DNA of 64,000 bases from Vitrella brassicaformis CCMP3155 (lineage: Eukaryota > Protista > Chromerida), in NCBI GenBank assembly GCA_001179505.1, contig CDMY01000431.1, forward strand, positions 1 to 64,000, read 5' to 3'. The position numbers were made by a program, and so were the translations under genes. The notes under the pieces are model-generated. The model searched no databases. It saw nothing but the letters and a program-made list of their open reading frames with translations, and was not told the origin of the DNA. This document shows, in pieces, positions 1 to 11,719 of the stretch; the first letter of the stretch is position 1, and each line of letters opens with the position of its first letter.

Positions 1-2093
1 GGGGGGGGGGGGGGGTAGATGTGCGTTAGCGTGTGTGTACCGCATTGAGGAAGAGACCCAGCTGGGCGACCTCAATCGCCTGACACGTCAACATGTGACA
101 GGAGCCATCCCATTGGACTCGTTTCTTTTCTGGAGTCTCTATGTACTCACCTGGTCGAGGTCGGCGTCCTTGCAGACTATCAGGGGACTCTTGCCGCCCA
201 ACTCTACACACACGAAGAAACACACGACACACGACACATGAACGCTGCTGTTTTTCTGTTTGTTTGTTTGTTTGTTTGTTTGTGTGTGCACGTGGTGTAC
301 CCACCAGTGGTGACTTTTTTCATTCCGCTTTGGGCCGCCGCCACGAGGATCTTCTCGGCCGTCACACCGCTGCCAGTGAACGCAACCTGCACGGACACAG
401 ACAGAGAGAAAGCATCCGTCCACTGCCTTTCGTGTGCCACCGACTGACCGACCTTGTCGATCATTTCGTGCCGCACAATCATGTCGCCGGTGGTGGGGCC
501 GTAGCCGGACAATATGTTGATGACGCCGGGCGGGAACCTGACACCAAACACAATACCGTCGTCAAATGGTGTGGGGGTTTGGGGGTGTGGCTGCGTACCC
601 AGCCTCCTTGATGAGGTGTCCCATGAGCAGTCCGGTGAGGGGCGTCTTCTCGCTGGTCTTGATGACCACAGTGCAGCCGGCAGCCACTGCATATATGGCA
701 CACATACATCCACAAACATCCGCAAATTTGGATCAACAAGGGTTCGTGGCTTTTATCAGTGTGTGTTCTGTGTATACTGGCGGGTCCGATCTTCCAGCTG
801 AACATGGCCAGAGGGAAGTTCTGGCACACAGATACACGCAGACAGGAAGATGCACCCAGCGCATCAGTGAGTGCGCGCCTCAGTGACCTACCCAGGGGAT
901 GATCTGACCGCACACGCCGACCGGCTCACGTCTGCACATGACGTTACACAAATATGCCCACGCAGACAAGACGGGCGCATGAAAGTGTGCACATCCCTGT
1001 GGCTCACCTCTGGTAGCACAGCCAGTTGGCGGGCGTCTCGTTTAGGGAACTGATGGGGATGTGCTTGCCCTAAACACACACAGCCACACGCACACAAACC
1101 ACACACACACACACGCATTGTGACATTCTCAGCTCCACGCCGTTCCCACCCACCTGTATTTTGCCGTCGGCCCATCCGGCGTAGTAGTGGTACACCTTGA
1201 TGCACAGGCGAATGTCCACATTCCTATCACACACGCACACAGAGCCAAACACACACGTGTGTGTTGATGTGTGTGTGATGCTGGGCGGGTCGCTCACTTG
1301 GCGATGTGTTTGGGTTTGCCGTTGTCGAGCGACTCGACCTCGGCCAACTGAACCAGACAGACCGACACACGTGTGTGTGTGTGTGTCCATCCATGTGTGT
1401 GTGCTGACCTGGTCGATGTGCTTTTCCATGAGGTCAGCGAGTTTGTGCAGACACTGAGCGCGAACGGGGCCGGTCGTCTCGCTCCACGACGGGAATGCTG
1501 AATGAATGCATTCCACACACACACACACACATCCACACCCCTCCCATGTGTATGTGTGTCTGGTGCCTGCCCACCTTTGGCAGCGGCCTTGACGGCACGA
1601 TCAACGTCCAGCTTCCTTAACACACACACAGGGCAGATCCACACACACTAATATGTGTGTGCCTTGCACTGTCTGATAGAAACAAGCTCACCCGGCCTCC
1701 TGGATCTTGGCGATGACTTTGCCGTTGGTCGGGTCGACCGTATCGAAGTGCGTCCCGTCATGCTCGTCCACAAACTCACTACACACCCAGACACCCAGAC
1801 AGACAGGCCTCTCCCGCCGACACGCATCATCATTATGTGTGTGTCTGTTGGCTGACTTGTCGATGAAGAGTCTGGTCTCCATGGGGAGGGCGCCGACGGG
1901 GTAGCCGCCCTCGGAGCCGTTCAGCTGCGCCACACACACAGACATACACACACAGATGAATATATGTCTCTCTCACACCCTCAGAGAGGGCAAAAGACCG
2001 ATTCGTGCTGCGCCAAATGGGCACATTGGCAGCCTCCCTCTCTCCCTCACGCCCACATGCATCTTGTTTGTGTGCGGTTACGTCTTTGCCCAT
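1..2093 (-). CDS. Aldehyde dehydrogenase (ALDH1/2-like), multi-exon, 3' part runs off the left edge
   Basis: Spliced exons give MGKD|LNGSEGGYPVGALPMETRLFIDN|EFVDEHDGTHFDTVDPTNGKVIA..., LAEVESLDNGKP, HYYAGWADGKIQ, NFPLAMFSWKIGP, AVAAGCTVVIKTSEKTPLT, FPPGVINILSGYGPTTG, AFTGSGVTAEKI, ELGGKSPLIVCKDADLDQ, AIEVAQLGLFLNA. These are classic ALDH motifs. ATG at 2093 is followed by a GTAACC donor. Confidence 0.93.
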
Positions 2094-2489
2094 CTTGGCG
2101 GCGGCGTGGCGCTGTTGTTTGACGCGGATCTCTCTCTCCTGGGTGGTGCCTTCTCGGGTCTCGCAGCAGCGGAGGAACATACACCGATTTCCGTACTTTC
2201 AAGCTCGCATCAGCGCCTCGATCGGGGAGAGGAGGATGGCGGTGGGATCTCTGTGGTGAGGATACAGCGTGGTAAGCAACGTCATTCATCTGATGGCACA
2301 GATCTATCTCATTTTGTGTCATGATTCATCTGTTCTCTCAGGTGGTCATGTGGTCATGACCATGAGATAGATGGACTCATTGACCTGTGAGGCGTCTCGT
2401 GCGTGAGAAGGGTCCATTGCACCGACCTGCAGAGCACCGTATGTCTGGTGCGTCTGTGGTTTCTCGTCTTCCCAGTACGGTCTTCTCTG

Positions 2490-3330
2490 TGTGCAGCTGC
2501 CGCTGCAAATGAGGCCGCCTGTGCCAACGACGGCAGGTCGAAGAAGCGCAAGCGTCGGGCGGCCGAGGAGGAGTGAGACGAAGAGGAATACGGTAAGGTC
2601 TACCTCTGCACACACTGCACTGCACTGCGTTGGTCGGCTTCCCCTCCCTCCCTGTGTGTGACTTGATCAATACGCAGCAACGCGCCTCGTGTGTGCGTCT
2701 GTGTGTGTGGGTGTCAGATGACGAATACCATGGTCAGGAGGGCTACGAGGGCTACGAGTATGAGGACTCGCCAGGTGAGTGACAAACGATGGGAGGGATG
2801 GATGGATGGAGGGAGGGAGGGAGGGAGGGAGGGAGCGTGGTGCTCATCCGTTGTGTGTGTGTGTGCAGGTGGCGTGTTGTGTGTGGGGCTGCGAGGAGCA
2901 CCACCACAGCATTACTGCAAGCTGTGTGGTGACGAGAACTCCGACCACTTCGCCAGCGAGTCCCCCTATGGCGTCACCCTCTACCATCAGCACGCGCCGT
3001 GGCATCCTCAGGGCAAATGCCTCGCCGCTCCACCGGCATCGTCGGCGGCGGCATCTACCTGTGAGGAGACCACACGAACATTGCCACCCACAGCCGCACA
3101 CATGCATGTCTGTGTCTGTGTGTGTGGCTGGCGCGTCCCTAGGGCGTCATCCCCACAGCAGACCGACCGTAAGGCTCATCAGAGGGGCTGCATGGTGGTG
3201 GCGCGTGTGTACCTGGACAAGGTCTGCGCCTGACCCCCGGCCAGGCACCCACCCTGACAGCACCACCACCTACACGCGGCTGTAGTGTAGCAGGCGGGCT
3301 ACGGCTCGGTGCAGCTGGCCATGCGGTCAC
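2490..3330 (+). pseudogene. Degenerate PARP-like (Gig2-type) ADP-ribosyltransferase gene with NLS, acidic tract and Cys/His knuckle
   Basis: Exons give SKKRKRRAAEEE*DEEEY, DDEYHGQEGYEGYEY and HYCKLCGDENSDHFASESPYGVTLYHQ. After a frameshift near 2990 the text reads ARAVASSGQMPRRSTGIVGGGIYL|ASSPQQTDRKAHQRGCMVVARVYLDKV, then AGYGSVQL. There are in-frame stops and several frameshifts. Confidence 0.62.
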
Positions 3331-4016
3331 TTTGGTGGGGGAAGGGCCCTATCTGTATGTGGGCATTTTGGAGTGAGGGGTGGGTGGGTGTGGGTGGGTG
3401 GGTGGGTGGGTGGGTGGCTGCGTTTTTCCTCTTGGGTCCCATCTGCGTTTTTCCTCTTGGGTCTTTTCACGCCACGCCCTGGGGTCGATATTTTCGCTTC
3501 CCAGGGGCTTTGTTTGAGACCTGACCCTTCCCTCTCTCTGTTCTGTCGAGTTGTTCATCACGCTTGCCGCCGTTCCCCCGTGACTGACTCACAAACACAT
3601 ACATGCATATCTCTCTCTGTGTGTATGTATGTGTTCTGTTCGTGTGCATTTATCACCTGCCTGCGGTCTGCATGTGTGTGTGCGGCTGGCTGTGTGTCTC
3701 GTGTATGAGAGCCCATCGACCATGCAAAACAGACTCAGACGGACAGACAGACAGATGCCTCGCTCATTTTGAATGAGTCTGCACTTCTGTGTATTGCTGT
3801 GTGCGTGATTGACAGACTGATGCATGGATGGGTCGATAAAGAGTCGTCTGTTCACACGTATGACTGAAACACGATAGCATACGGCATCCTACACCAATCA
3901 CAGGAACGCAAACTCGTTCAAAAAGCAGCTCGATAGAAATGCCAACAGGTTGCGCGCAGAAAGCGCGTCAAGCACCAAGCTCAGCAGGAGCTGACCCTCA
4001 GGACGACAGGGGAGAA

Positions 4017-4799
4017 TTAGCTCTGCTGCACCTTCTTCGAGATGTCGACAAGAGACTTGAAGGCACTGGTACCGCTGTCGATCGTTAGGCTCTGATACAA
4101 AACAGAAAAAGTCCACAGAGCCCTACATGTGTGTCCTCTTCTCTGACCTGTCTGCGGCCCGTGGGTTGTTCCGTTGCAGAGACGTAAAGGATACCGTCGG
4201 CGTCGATCTCCATCGCCACCTCAAGTTTTTCCCCCTGGATGCCGGTAAAGGCGAATTCGCCCAGCAGATTGTTATCGCTTGCCTTCTCGTGCTCGCCTTC
4301 GTACACCTTGAAGTACATCTGCGAAGATGTGGACACACACAGGGAGATATACAGAGATACGGCGGGCGCTTCGTCGCGAACGTCTCACCTTTGTGGCGCC
4401 TCTCGCATGGAAGACCTTTGATTTCTTGGTCGGGATGGTGCTGTTCCGCTCGATGATGCGTACGACGGTGCCAGAATCGCACGCTGAGTTCAACCTCGCT
4501 TCCATATCGCGTCCATCACGGACTTGTGCATCAAGGCCGAGAGAGAGAGGCGTGACGCTGACGAGGCGGCTCTGTGCAAATGTAAAAAAAAAAGACACAA
4601 GCCTCAGAGGGTTGCACAGATTCGCATCCATGGAATCACATTCGCTTTGAGGGTTGCCTCTCACCAGCCGTGCCAGCTGTGCCTCGAGGGCCCTTATCTT
4701 GCCAGGCATGTCTGTCTTGTTATCGCCCTGCCTCTCAAGAGCGTCCAATCGCCTCTGCATGGCAGCGTGCGCAGCTTGCCATGGTTCTTCCTTCGACAT
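4017..4799 (-). CDS. Small protein: N-terminal coiled coil plus a single HSP70 substrate-binding beta domain (no NBD, no lid)
   Basis: Four phase-0 exons: MSKEEPWQ...ALEAQLARL | SRLVSVTPLSLGLD...VVRIIERNSTIPTKKSKVFHARGATK | MYFKVYEGEHEKASDNNLLGEFAFTGIQGEKLEVAMEIDADGILYVSATEQPTGRRQ | SLTIDSGTSAFKSLVDISKKVQQS*. Confidence 0.78.
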
Positions 4800-4849
4800 G
4801 ATCTGCAGCACACGTACATGCCATGTGCGCAGGTCATGTCAACTCTATT

Positions 4850-5060
4850 GCATACCTTTGTTGAGAGATCCGCTGTCAGTGAGGCTCAAGCGATGCTCGC
4901 GACGCCTTGCCTGCCCTCAAAAGGAACAGATCCGGCTGGCCTTCGGTCGACGAGCTCGCAGCTCGCGTTTTGTGCGTTAGCAACTGGTGGCCTTCTCCAA
5001 TGACATGCAATTGAACGGGTATCATTTGGATCATCAACGTGCAGTGTGTGCTGTAAGGGA
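4850..5060. repeat. Duplicated 5' leader segment, paralogous to about 11895-12140
   Basis: Shared strings such as ttgagagatcc(g/a)ctgtcagtgaggctcaa, ggtcgacgagctcgc and gggt(a/c)tcatttgg(a/c)tcatcaacgtg lie upstream of both HSP70-SBD genes. Confidence 0.8.
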
Positions 5061-5599
5061 TGCTCCTGCACACACTGCACTGAGACCTGGCCCTTCCCCC
5101 TCTCTCTTTTGTGTCGAGTCTTTCACCACCCAGCCATTCACACATTTGTATTTGTGATCGCTTTGCTTGCCGCCGACTCACCTCCCTCCCCTCTCTCCCC
5201 TCCCTCTCTCTGTGTGTGTGTGTGGGTGTGTCGCGTGGGGGAGGGTCAGCGATTTTGAGGCGGCCACTCACTCTTTCTCGCCGCATGGCATCGACAGTCC
5301 ATCGACCACACACGACAAACCGACATAGACAGACAGACAGACAGCCAGTCGTGTGATTGACACTCTCGGGCATTCATGGCCGGGTCGATAGAAAGGGCCG
5401 ACATGTGCGACGATCGTGCGTAAGTCATGATAACTCTAACCTCTTTGGCCATTGGCTGACAGCGAGATAAACGCAAACAATCAATCGCATTCGACGCAAT
5501 CATTGTGTCGACCAGTATGCAATGGGCGCGGCGCACCACCAATCGAGACCACCAAGCTTTCATCGAGACCATCATGCGATCTCATTCAGCGAACACACC

Positions 5600-6110
5600 C
5601 ATCCATCCATCCATGGCCATCCAACAGCACCAACACGTCAATTCATCCAGTCAGCACCATTAAACGCACCTCCTCACCCTGCCGCCATCTCCTACCCCTC
5701 CGGCCGTCTCTGGCTGTTCACATGCAGGCTGGCACGGGTGAGCCATCAATCAAGGCATTCAAGTCGGTGACATCCGACTGGATGAGTGTCATTGGGTGAA
5801 CACATGACAGTGACTCACACCGACAACCACTACCTGTCTGTCCATCTGCTGGCCTGTCTGCCTCCCATCTATCAGTCCGTCCACACACACAGAGGAAGCA
5901 GCGAGTGAGGCAGCGACAGAGATCTAGTCATGCACACATCAAAACCTGCCCGCCTGCCTCCCACATCGATGTGAAATGTCATCCATCAACACGGCAATAT
6001 CAGGCAGGATGATCCACTCGTACACCAAGTCACACACATGAAGGAAAATTCATCACACAGTCAGGCCAGCCGAACATGCCAAAATTGGTGATGCACCTCT
6101 CCCTCCCTCC
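5600..6110. repeat. 3' flank of ankyrin copy A, inverted paralog of about 52200-52620 (3' flank of copy E)
   Basis: For example, tcggtgacatccgactggatg...gtgaacacatga...gactcacaccgac (5760-5825) matches the reverse complement of gtcggtgtgagtc...catgtgttcac...catccagtcgggtgtcaccga (52382-52445). Confidence 0.75.
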
Positions 6111-6115
6111 CTCCA

Positions 6116-9037
6116 TCAGTTGATGCCGAGTGTCACCCACTGCCCCCGTTCGTCGACGTACCCCAGCTGCTGCCACTCGAACGCCGCCACGTCCTCGGTG
6201 AAGCCGTTGTCGATGCTGGCCGGCAGCCCGTCGTATCTCGCGGCCTCGTCCAGGATGGCCCGCTGCACCACCTCACGCAACTCCATCAGCCGGTGCTGCC
6301 CGCTATGCTGCCACCTGACGGCGAAGCACTGCAGCTGCGGCACCCGCACCCTCTCGCCGCCCACATTGGTCGTCCCGCCTACCACCTCCTTATTGCCCAC
6401 CACCTGCAGCGATGCGGCGGCCTCCACGAACCGCGACATCGCGGTGTTGACGCGGCGGCCGACCTCAGTGACGTTCTGGACGGGGCGGGGGCTCTGCTGC
6501 AGCACTGATGGGTTGACGAAGAACGACGCCACGCGCCAGGCGATGGCCGACATGTCCCGGTTGGCGAAGGGCATGTAGTCGTCTTGCCAGGAGGGCTCCG
6601 GGTCGACGTGTGGGGGGAGGGGGGGAGGAGGCACCGAGTTCTGGGATGGGTCGAATGAGGGGAAGGCGGCCTTGAGCTGCTGGGCGGTGGCATTGTGGAG
6701 TGCCTCTGTCAGCGCGTCGGCCATCTCGCGCTGAGGTCGCAAGGCGGCGTTGACGGCCGCCATAATGGCCTGTGGCAGCTGGTTGAGCACTGTCGCGTAC
6801 TCGGGCAGCACCAGCTGACGACAACGGCGGTCCTCCTCTGTGGCTGTGGGCATGAGGGCGATGTCAGCGCCTGCCTGGAGCAGCACACGGATGGTGGTCT
6901 TGATATGGAGGATCCGGATGGTGGCCCGGTCCCTCTCGACATGCCCCGTGGTGTTGTCCTGCAGCTGTTGGGTGTCGACATCGAGCGATATGGCAGCGTA
7001 GGTGAGGGGTGTGACGGTGGGGTCAATCGGCCTCCGTCTGTTGATGTCAGCAGCGGTGAGACGGTGGCAGATAGATGCAGCGACACAGTGGGCGCCACGG
7101 AAGGCCGCGAAGTGCAATGCCGTCACTCCCTCGTTGTCCACGGCCCTGATGTCCGCCCCGTTGGTCAGCAGCAGGTCGATGTAGCTCTCGATGAACTGCT
7201 GGGAATAGACGGGAGGCGTCATGGCCGCACTATGCACCAGGTTGCTGCCACTCGCTCTCCGCTCGGTTGCGAGTGTGCTGTCCCGCTCGATGAGCTGTCG
7301 GTAGAAGGACAGCAGGGTGCGCTCGTGAGCCTCAGTCGGCTGGTCCGTCAGCAATGTGGACGGCAGCGCCAGCACGTACCGCCCCTGTAGCTGAATACCT
7401 GGAAGAGACATACAGACATCATGGTGTGTGTTCCGTGTCGTAAGTGCTGTGAATGGGTGTGCACCTGGCTGGCCCATCAGGAGGTCGACCGCGGCCCGGT
7501 TGCACGAGGCAATGGCCACTCGGATGGGCGTAGACAAACGCCTACCGTCATTGATGTCGGCGCCTCCCTGGATGAGGCTTCGCATGACGGCGAGCTGGAG
7601 TCCGGGCGTCCGCCACGTGGGCAAAGCGACGGGGCAGTCGTCATCGCCGTCCTCATCGCCGTCGTCGGCTGCCCAGATTGACGGCACGCTGTCTTCCGTG
7701 AGGTTGTCAATCGCCAAAGACAGCAGCGGATAAGCGAAGCAGTCGCCCGTGGTGCCCGCCACCCGCAGCCGTGGCATCACATTGGGGTCGGCTCCATTCG
7801 GCTGAATCAGGTCCGTCACCTGCTGTGCGTCAGTGATGGTGCGGCGGATGATGGCCTTGGACAGCCGTCTGCTGGCGTCGCTGGTGCAACGAGGGAAGCG
7901 GACGTCGACGCCCTTCTCCGAGCTCTTCCAGCCGTGGGGTAGCGACGGACCTGGTGGCACAGCGTCAATATGAGAGGGTGGTATATGTGTGTGTTGGTGG
8001 GTGATTCGTTCACCTACCTCCGTCCTGTCGGCCATGTCCGCTGCCCGGCTGCCCATCGGATCCGTCACCACCGACACCAGCACCGACAGCACGATCCCCA
8101 CCAGCACTGACGCCCCCTTCGAGGCGGGGCGGTTGCGGTGGGCGATGCGCATGGCCGCTCAGCGTCGGAACAGTGGATGGCACGCCAACAACAGCAGCAG
8201 CAGGATGGAGGGGAGCGGGGGGACGCTGCACACACCATACACAACACAACACAACACAATTCACAAGACAGCCATTCCATCATCGTGCTGTGGTGCTGCC
8301 TGAGGGGCAGAGGAGGCATGCAATCACCTGTGGCGGTTGGGCACTGGGCAGCTTGCCGGCAGATTGGTGCGTCTGGCTGTCTCCCTTGGCCCTCTTGTGC
8401 TCCTGATGCTCCAGAGGGGAGCCGACACGCTTCACAACACCTACACCTTCACACACATACACACACGACCCAGACCATGATGACGTGCTGCGTCAGGCTG
8501 GCTGTGGTGCCTTCATTGACTACCTGTATAGCTGGATGACGATTCATGCTCCCCTGCTGCTGCTGCTAGTGCTGCTGCTTGTGGCCCATCCGCCACCCTT
8601 GCCGTGACATGAATGGCCTGCCGTGTGCCGCGGCGGAACAGCCGATGACACACACACGCACGGGAGAGTGGGTGAAGGTGTGTGTCTGTCTGTCTGTCTG
8701 TCTGTCTGTCGCGGTGCTCTTGTTTGTTGCCGTACCGGCGATGGCATCTGAGAGGGCTCTGTTGTGGAGGCGTTGTTCCTCTGCCTCATGACGACATCGC
8801 TCACCGCACCGCCGCCCGCACGGCCCTCCTGGCCCTCCTCCACATCCATTGGCTGCCGCTCGTCACCGCCGCCACGTTGGCCTGCAGATCTAGGAACGCA
8901 CAGACACACACGATGTTTGCCGATAATGCTGTGTGTGATGTGCTGCATCTGTCTGAGTTGAGTGTACCTTCATCGCCATCGCCACCGTCCGCCGGGCCAG
9001 CAGCGGCCATGTCGGTGTCGGGACGACCAGATGACAT
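6116..9037 (-). CDS. Ankyrin-repeat protein, family copy A (low-complexity N-terminal exons, ankyrin core, unknown conserved C-terminal domain)
   Basis: ORF 6116-8152 has ankyrin-like GADPN, GADIN, NLVHSAA, NGADIRAVDNEGVTALHFAAFRG and TPLTYAA. Upstream exons splice in phase from MSSGRPDTDM (ATG 9037) through GQRGGGDERQPMD, GVGVVKRVGSPLEHQE and RPPAPLH...GRQDG|GPSLPHGW. Confidence 0.85.
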
Positions 9038-10353
9038 CGCTCTCACAGACCAACAGCTGCACCATGGAACAAAACAGAGATGGGCCTGCAGGGACCTGAT
9101 GCATTTGGTGTGCGCATCAATCAGTGCTTGCCTATCAAACGTATGAGCCGACTGCCAGCTGCACACACACGCTCACTGAACCAACCAGTCCGCCCGTCGA
9201 CAAGGCAGACCTGAAGACCACCAACACACGCAGACAGCAAACAGATCATCCATCCTAGTGTGCTTGTGAGTGATCCAACTGCCGCATCTTGCCACTCACC
9301 GCTGGACAAGAAGCCGCTACGTGGCGATAGTGATGGTCCGTCACACAGCTGCAGCAGCTCTCAATGCTGGCGAGGCTCAATCAATGGCAGAATCGGCACA
9401 CGAGAAGCGGCTGAGCGATGGACAAGCAAACTCGTCTGCAGGGCCTCACTGTGCCTCCGCTGGCTCGCCAAGAGGCCCTGGGAAGCACGAATTGTTTCGC
9501 TTCTGGACCACTCTCTCAGGCTCGCATCGATCCCCTTGCAGGTCGACAAAGGAGGGGGAAGGAGCCCTCCTGGTGGCTCACAGGGCTCGTCAGAAGTCAC
9601 TCATTCAGCCGCAGTGAGCCCCAATCACTTTAGATGAGTTCCTCTGATGGGATGAGCAGCTCACTTGTGCGTCTGTCTGTGTGTGCCTAAGCGATGTCTG
9701 TGTCTGCACTGAGTGAATGAATAAAAAAGGCTTACTACGTCACACGCATGAGAAACAAAACAGCACGCAGCACACAACAGCAGCGTCGTGTGACACAGTC
9801 ACCATCCCGCCGTCGGCCGCTCTTCGGGCTCACTGTGGCAGACGACAGGCACACACCCAACAACCATGGCATGTCATTCTCGCTCAACAGAGCAGCCCAC
9901 ACACACACGATGGCCACACACACGATGGCATCGCTTTCTCGCGATCGATCTCTACAGCTGCCTGCCCGGGAACACAAACACACACATGGCTCTCCCTGTC
10001 CCCGCCCCGCCCCTCCCCTCCCCGCTCACACAGTCTCAAGGGCTTGCCTGACAATCCCCTCACCGCCCCAGTCGCCCCATGGTCGAAACTCGATGCCCTC
10101 AATCATCATTCTACTCTACATGCGCTCATAAAATCACCGTCTCAAAATGCCGCACGGAACGTGCCGCACACACGCGCCCATTCGACATGCACAGAGATCA
10201 ACGTGCAAGACGTAGGCCACAGCGAGATTGACAGAACAAGAAGGGCAGACTGCAACCATGCAGATATGCAATCGTATAAAGCTCGCGGCACACACATACA
10301 CTCACCGACGGCTGGCTGGCCATCGGGACAGTAGCGAGTAGAGCTCGAGAGCA

Positions 10354-11719
10354 TTAGCGGTGGCTCTTCTTTCTGATGTCGACAACGGACTTGAGCGCAC
10401 TGGCGCTGTTCTCAAACGAAAGACTCTGACACATACAAATGAAACACAACATACACAGCCTCACGCACGTGCCTCTTGTTGTACCTGTTGGCGGCCAGTG
10501 GATTCTTCCGTTGCGGTGACGCACCCGATACCGTCGGCGTCGATATCGAATGTCACCTCGATGCCTGCGCCTTCGGGGGCGGGGGTGAGGCCGGTGAACG
10601 TGAACTGTCCCAGCAGATGGTTGTCTTTGGCCATAGGATTCTCGCCCTCGTACACCTTGAAGCTCATCTGCAACATGCACACATACGGAGATGGTATGGG
10701 TGTCACACCGTCGCGAGCATCTCACCTCTGTCTGATTGTCGTAAGTAGTCCAGAAGAAGTCTGATTTCTTGATGGGAATGTTGCTGTTGCGGTCGATGAT
10801 GCGCAGGAACGCGTCTTTGACCTTGCCTTTCTTCCCCCAAATGCCGAGGGACAGAGGGGTCACAACGGGGAGGCCCTGCAGACAGACACACAACAACACA
10901 CTCTATGGCCAACGTCCACACGGGTACACCTATGTCTCTACGACTGGCTAAGACTCACTCACACACTCACAAGCCCTATGGATTGGCGCACCTGCTGTCT
11001 GACACCATCAGGCGGCTTGACCGCACTGGCACTGTTCTTAATCATGAGGGTCTGACACACACACACACACACACACACACAGAGCCTCACACACGTGCGC
11101 CCTTTGATACCTGCGGCACACAGCCCTCCCTGCCTCCCGTGTGGCCACTTTCCGACCTGTTTGCGTCCATTGGATTTGTCTGTCGTGGAGACGCGGAGGA
11201 TACCGTCGACGTCGATATCGAATGTCAGGTCGATCTTGCCTTCGCCTTTGGGGGCGGGGGCGATGCCAGTAAAGGTGAAGCTGCCGAGCAGATGATTGTC
11301 TTTGGCCATAGGGTTCTCGCCCTCGTACACCTTGAAGCTCACCTGCGACATGCACACACACTCATTAAGGTGGGTGTCTATTTGCGCGCGTGCGCATGAT
11401 TCGGTCACGTCTGTCTGGTTGTTGTCAGCTGTAATCCGCTCGATTGACTTTCTGATGGGGATGATGGTGTCCCTGTCAACGATGCGGCAGAAGCTGCCGT
11501 CCGGACTGGCAATGCCGAGAGAGAGGCGTCACGTTGACAAGACCCTGCAAAGGGACACAGAACAACACACGTGCAAGAGTGTGTGTCCACGGTCTTATCG
11601 CTCCAGCTGGTCACCGTCGCTTTGAGGGTCTCGATGGTCGCGTCCCTCTCTGCCAGCTGCGCCTCGAGAGCCTCAGCTCTGGCACGCAAGTCCGGCGTGT
11701 CGCCGCCCGTTCCGCCCAT
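10354..11719 (-). CDS. Coiled coil plus two tandem HSP70 substrate-binding beta domains (no NBD, no lid)
   Basis: [33 protein letters not shown] | [17 protein letters not shown]...NQTD | [52 protein letters not shown]... | [20 protein letters not shown] | [13 protein letters not shown]...DNQTE | [22 protein letters not shown]...[10 protein letters not shown]... | [23 protein letters not shown]. The junctions checked are phase 0. Confidence 0.8.

Noticed and set aside
1-15. Poly-G run at the window start
   Set aside because: It lies in an ALDH intron at the edge; low-complexity sequence or an assembly artefact.
1060-1660. Dense (CA)n, (GACA)n and (ATCC)n tracts and the many Cys/Val- or His/Thr-rich ORFs they create
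   Set aside because: This is the ordinary intron composition throughout the window, not coding sequence.
8040-8152. Signal-peptide-like hydrophobic N-termini in ORFs 6116-8152, 50193-52196 and 22193-23242
   Set aside because: They are the shifted frame of a Gly-rich exon read through a 67-nt intron. Splice phases support the Gly-rich frame (GAC GGA G|GT CCG). In copy D the intron is 65 nt, so read-through is not conserved.
8960-9640. Conserved upstream block (also near 16900-17600, 23220-23770, 43975-44540, 48960-49600) as a transposon
   Set aside because: It is always attached to an ankyrin gene in the same orientation, contains splice-bounded exons, and shows no terminal inverted repeats or transposase. 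It is better explained as co-duplicated 5' exons and promoter.
10354-11560. HSP70-SBD genes as recent fragments of the BiP gene at 34140-37032
   Set aside because: Intron positions and sequences differ (BiP MIQ|VFEG and QIE|VTF vs intron before MSFKVYEG and after GRQQ), so any relationship is older or to another HSP70.
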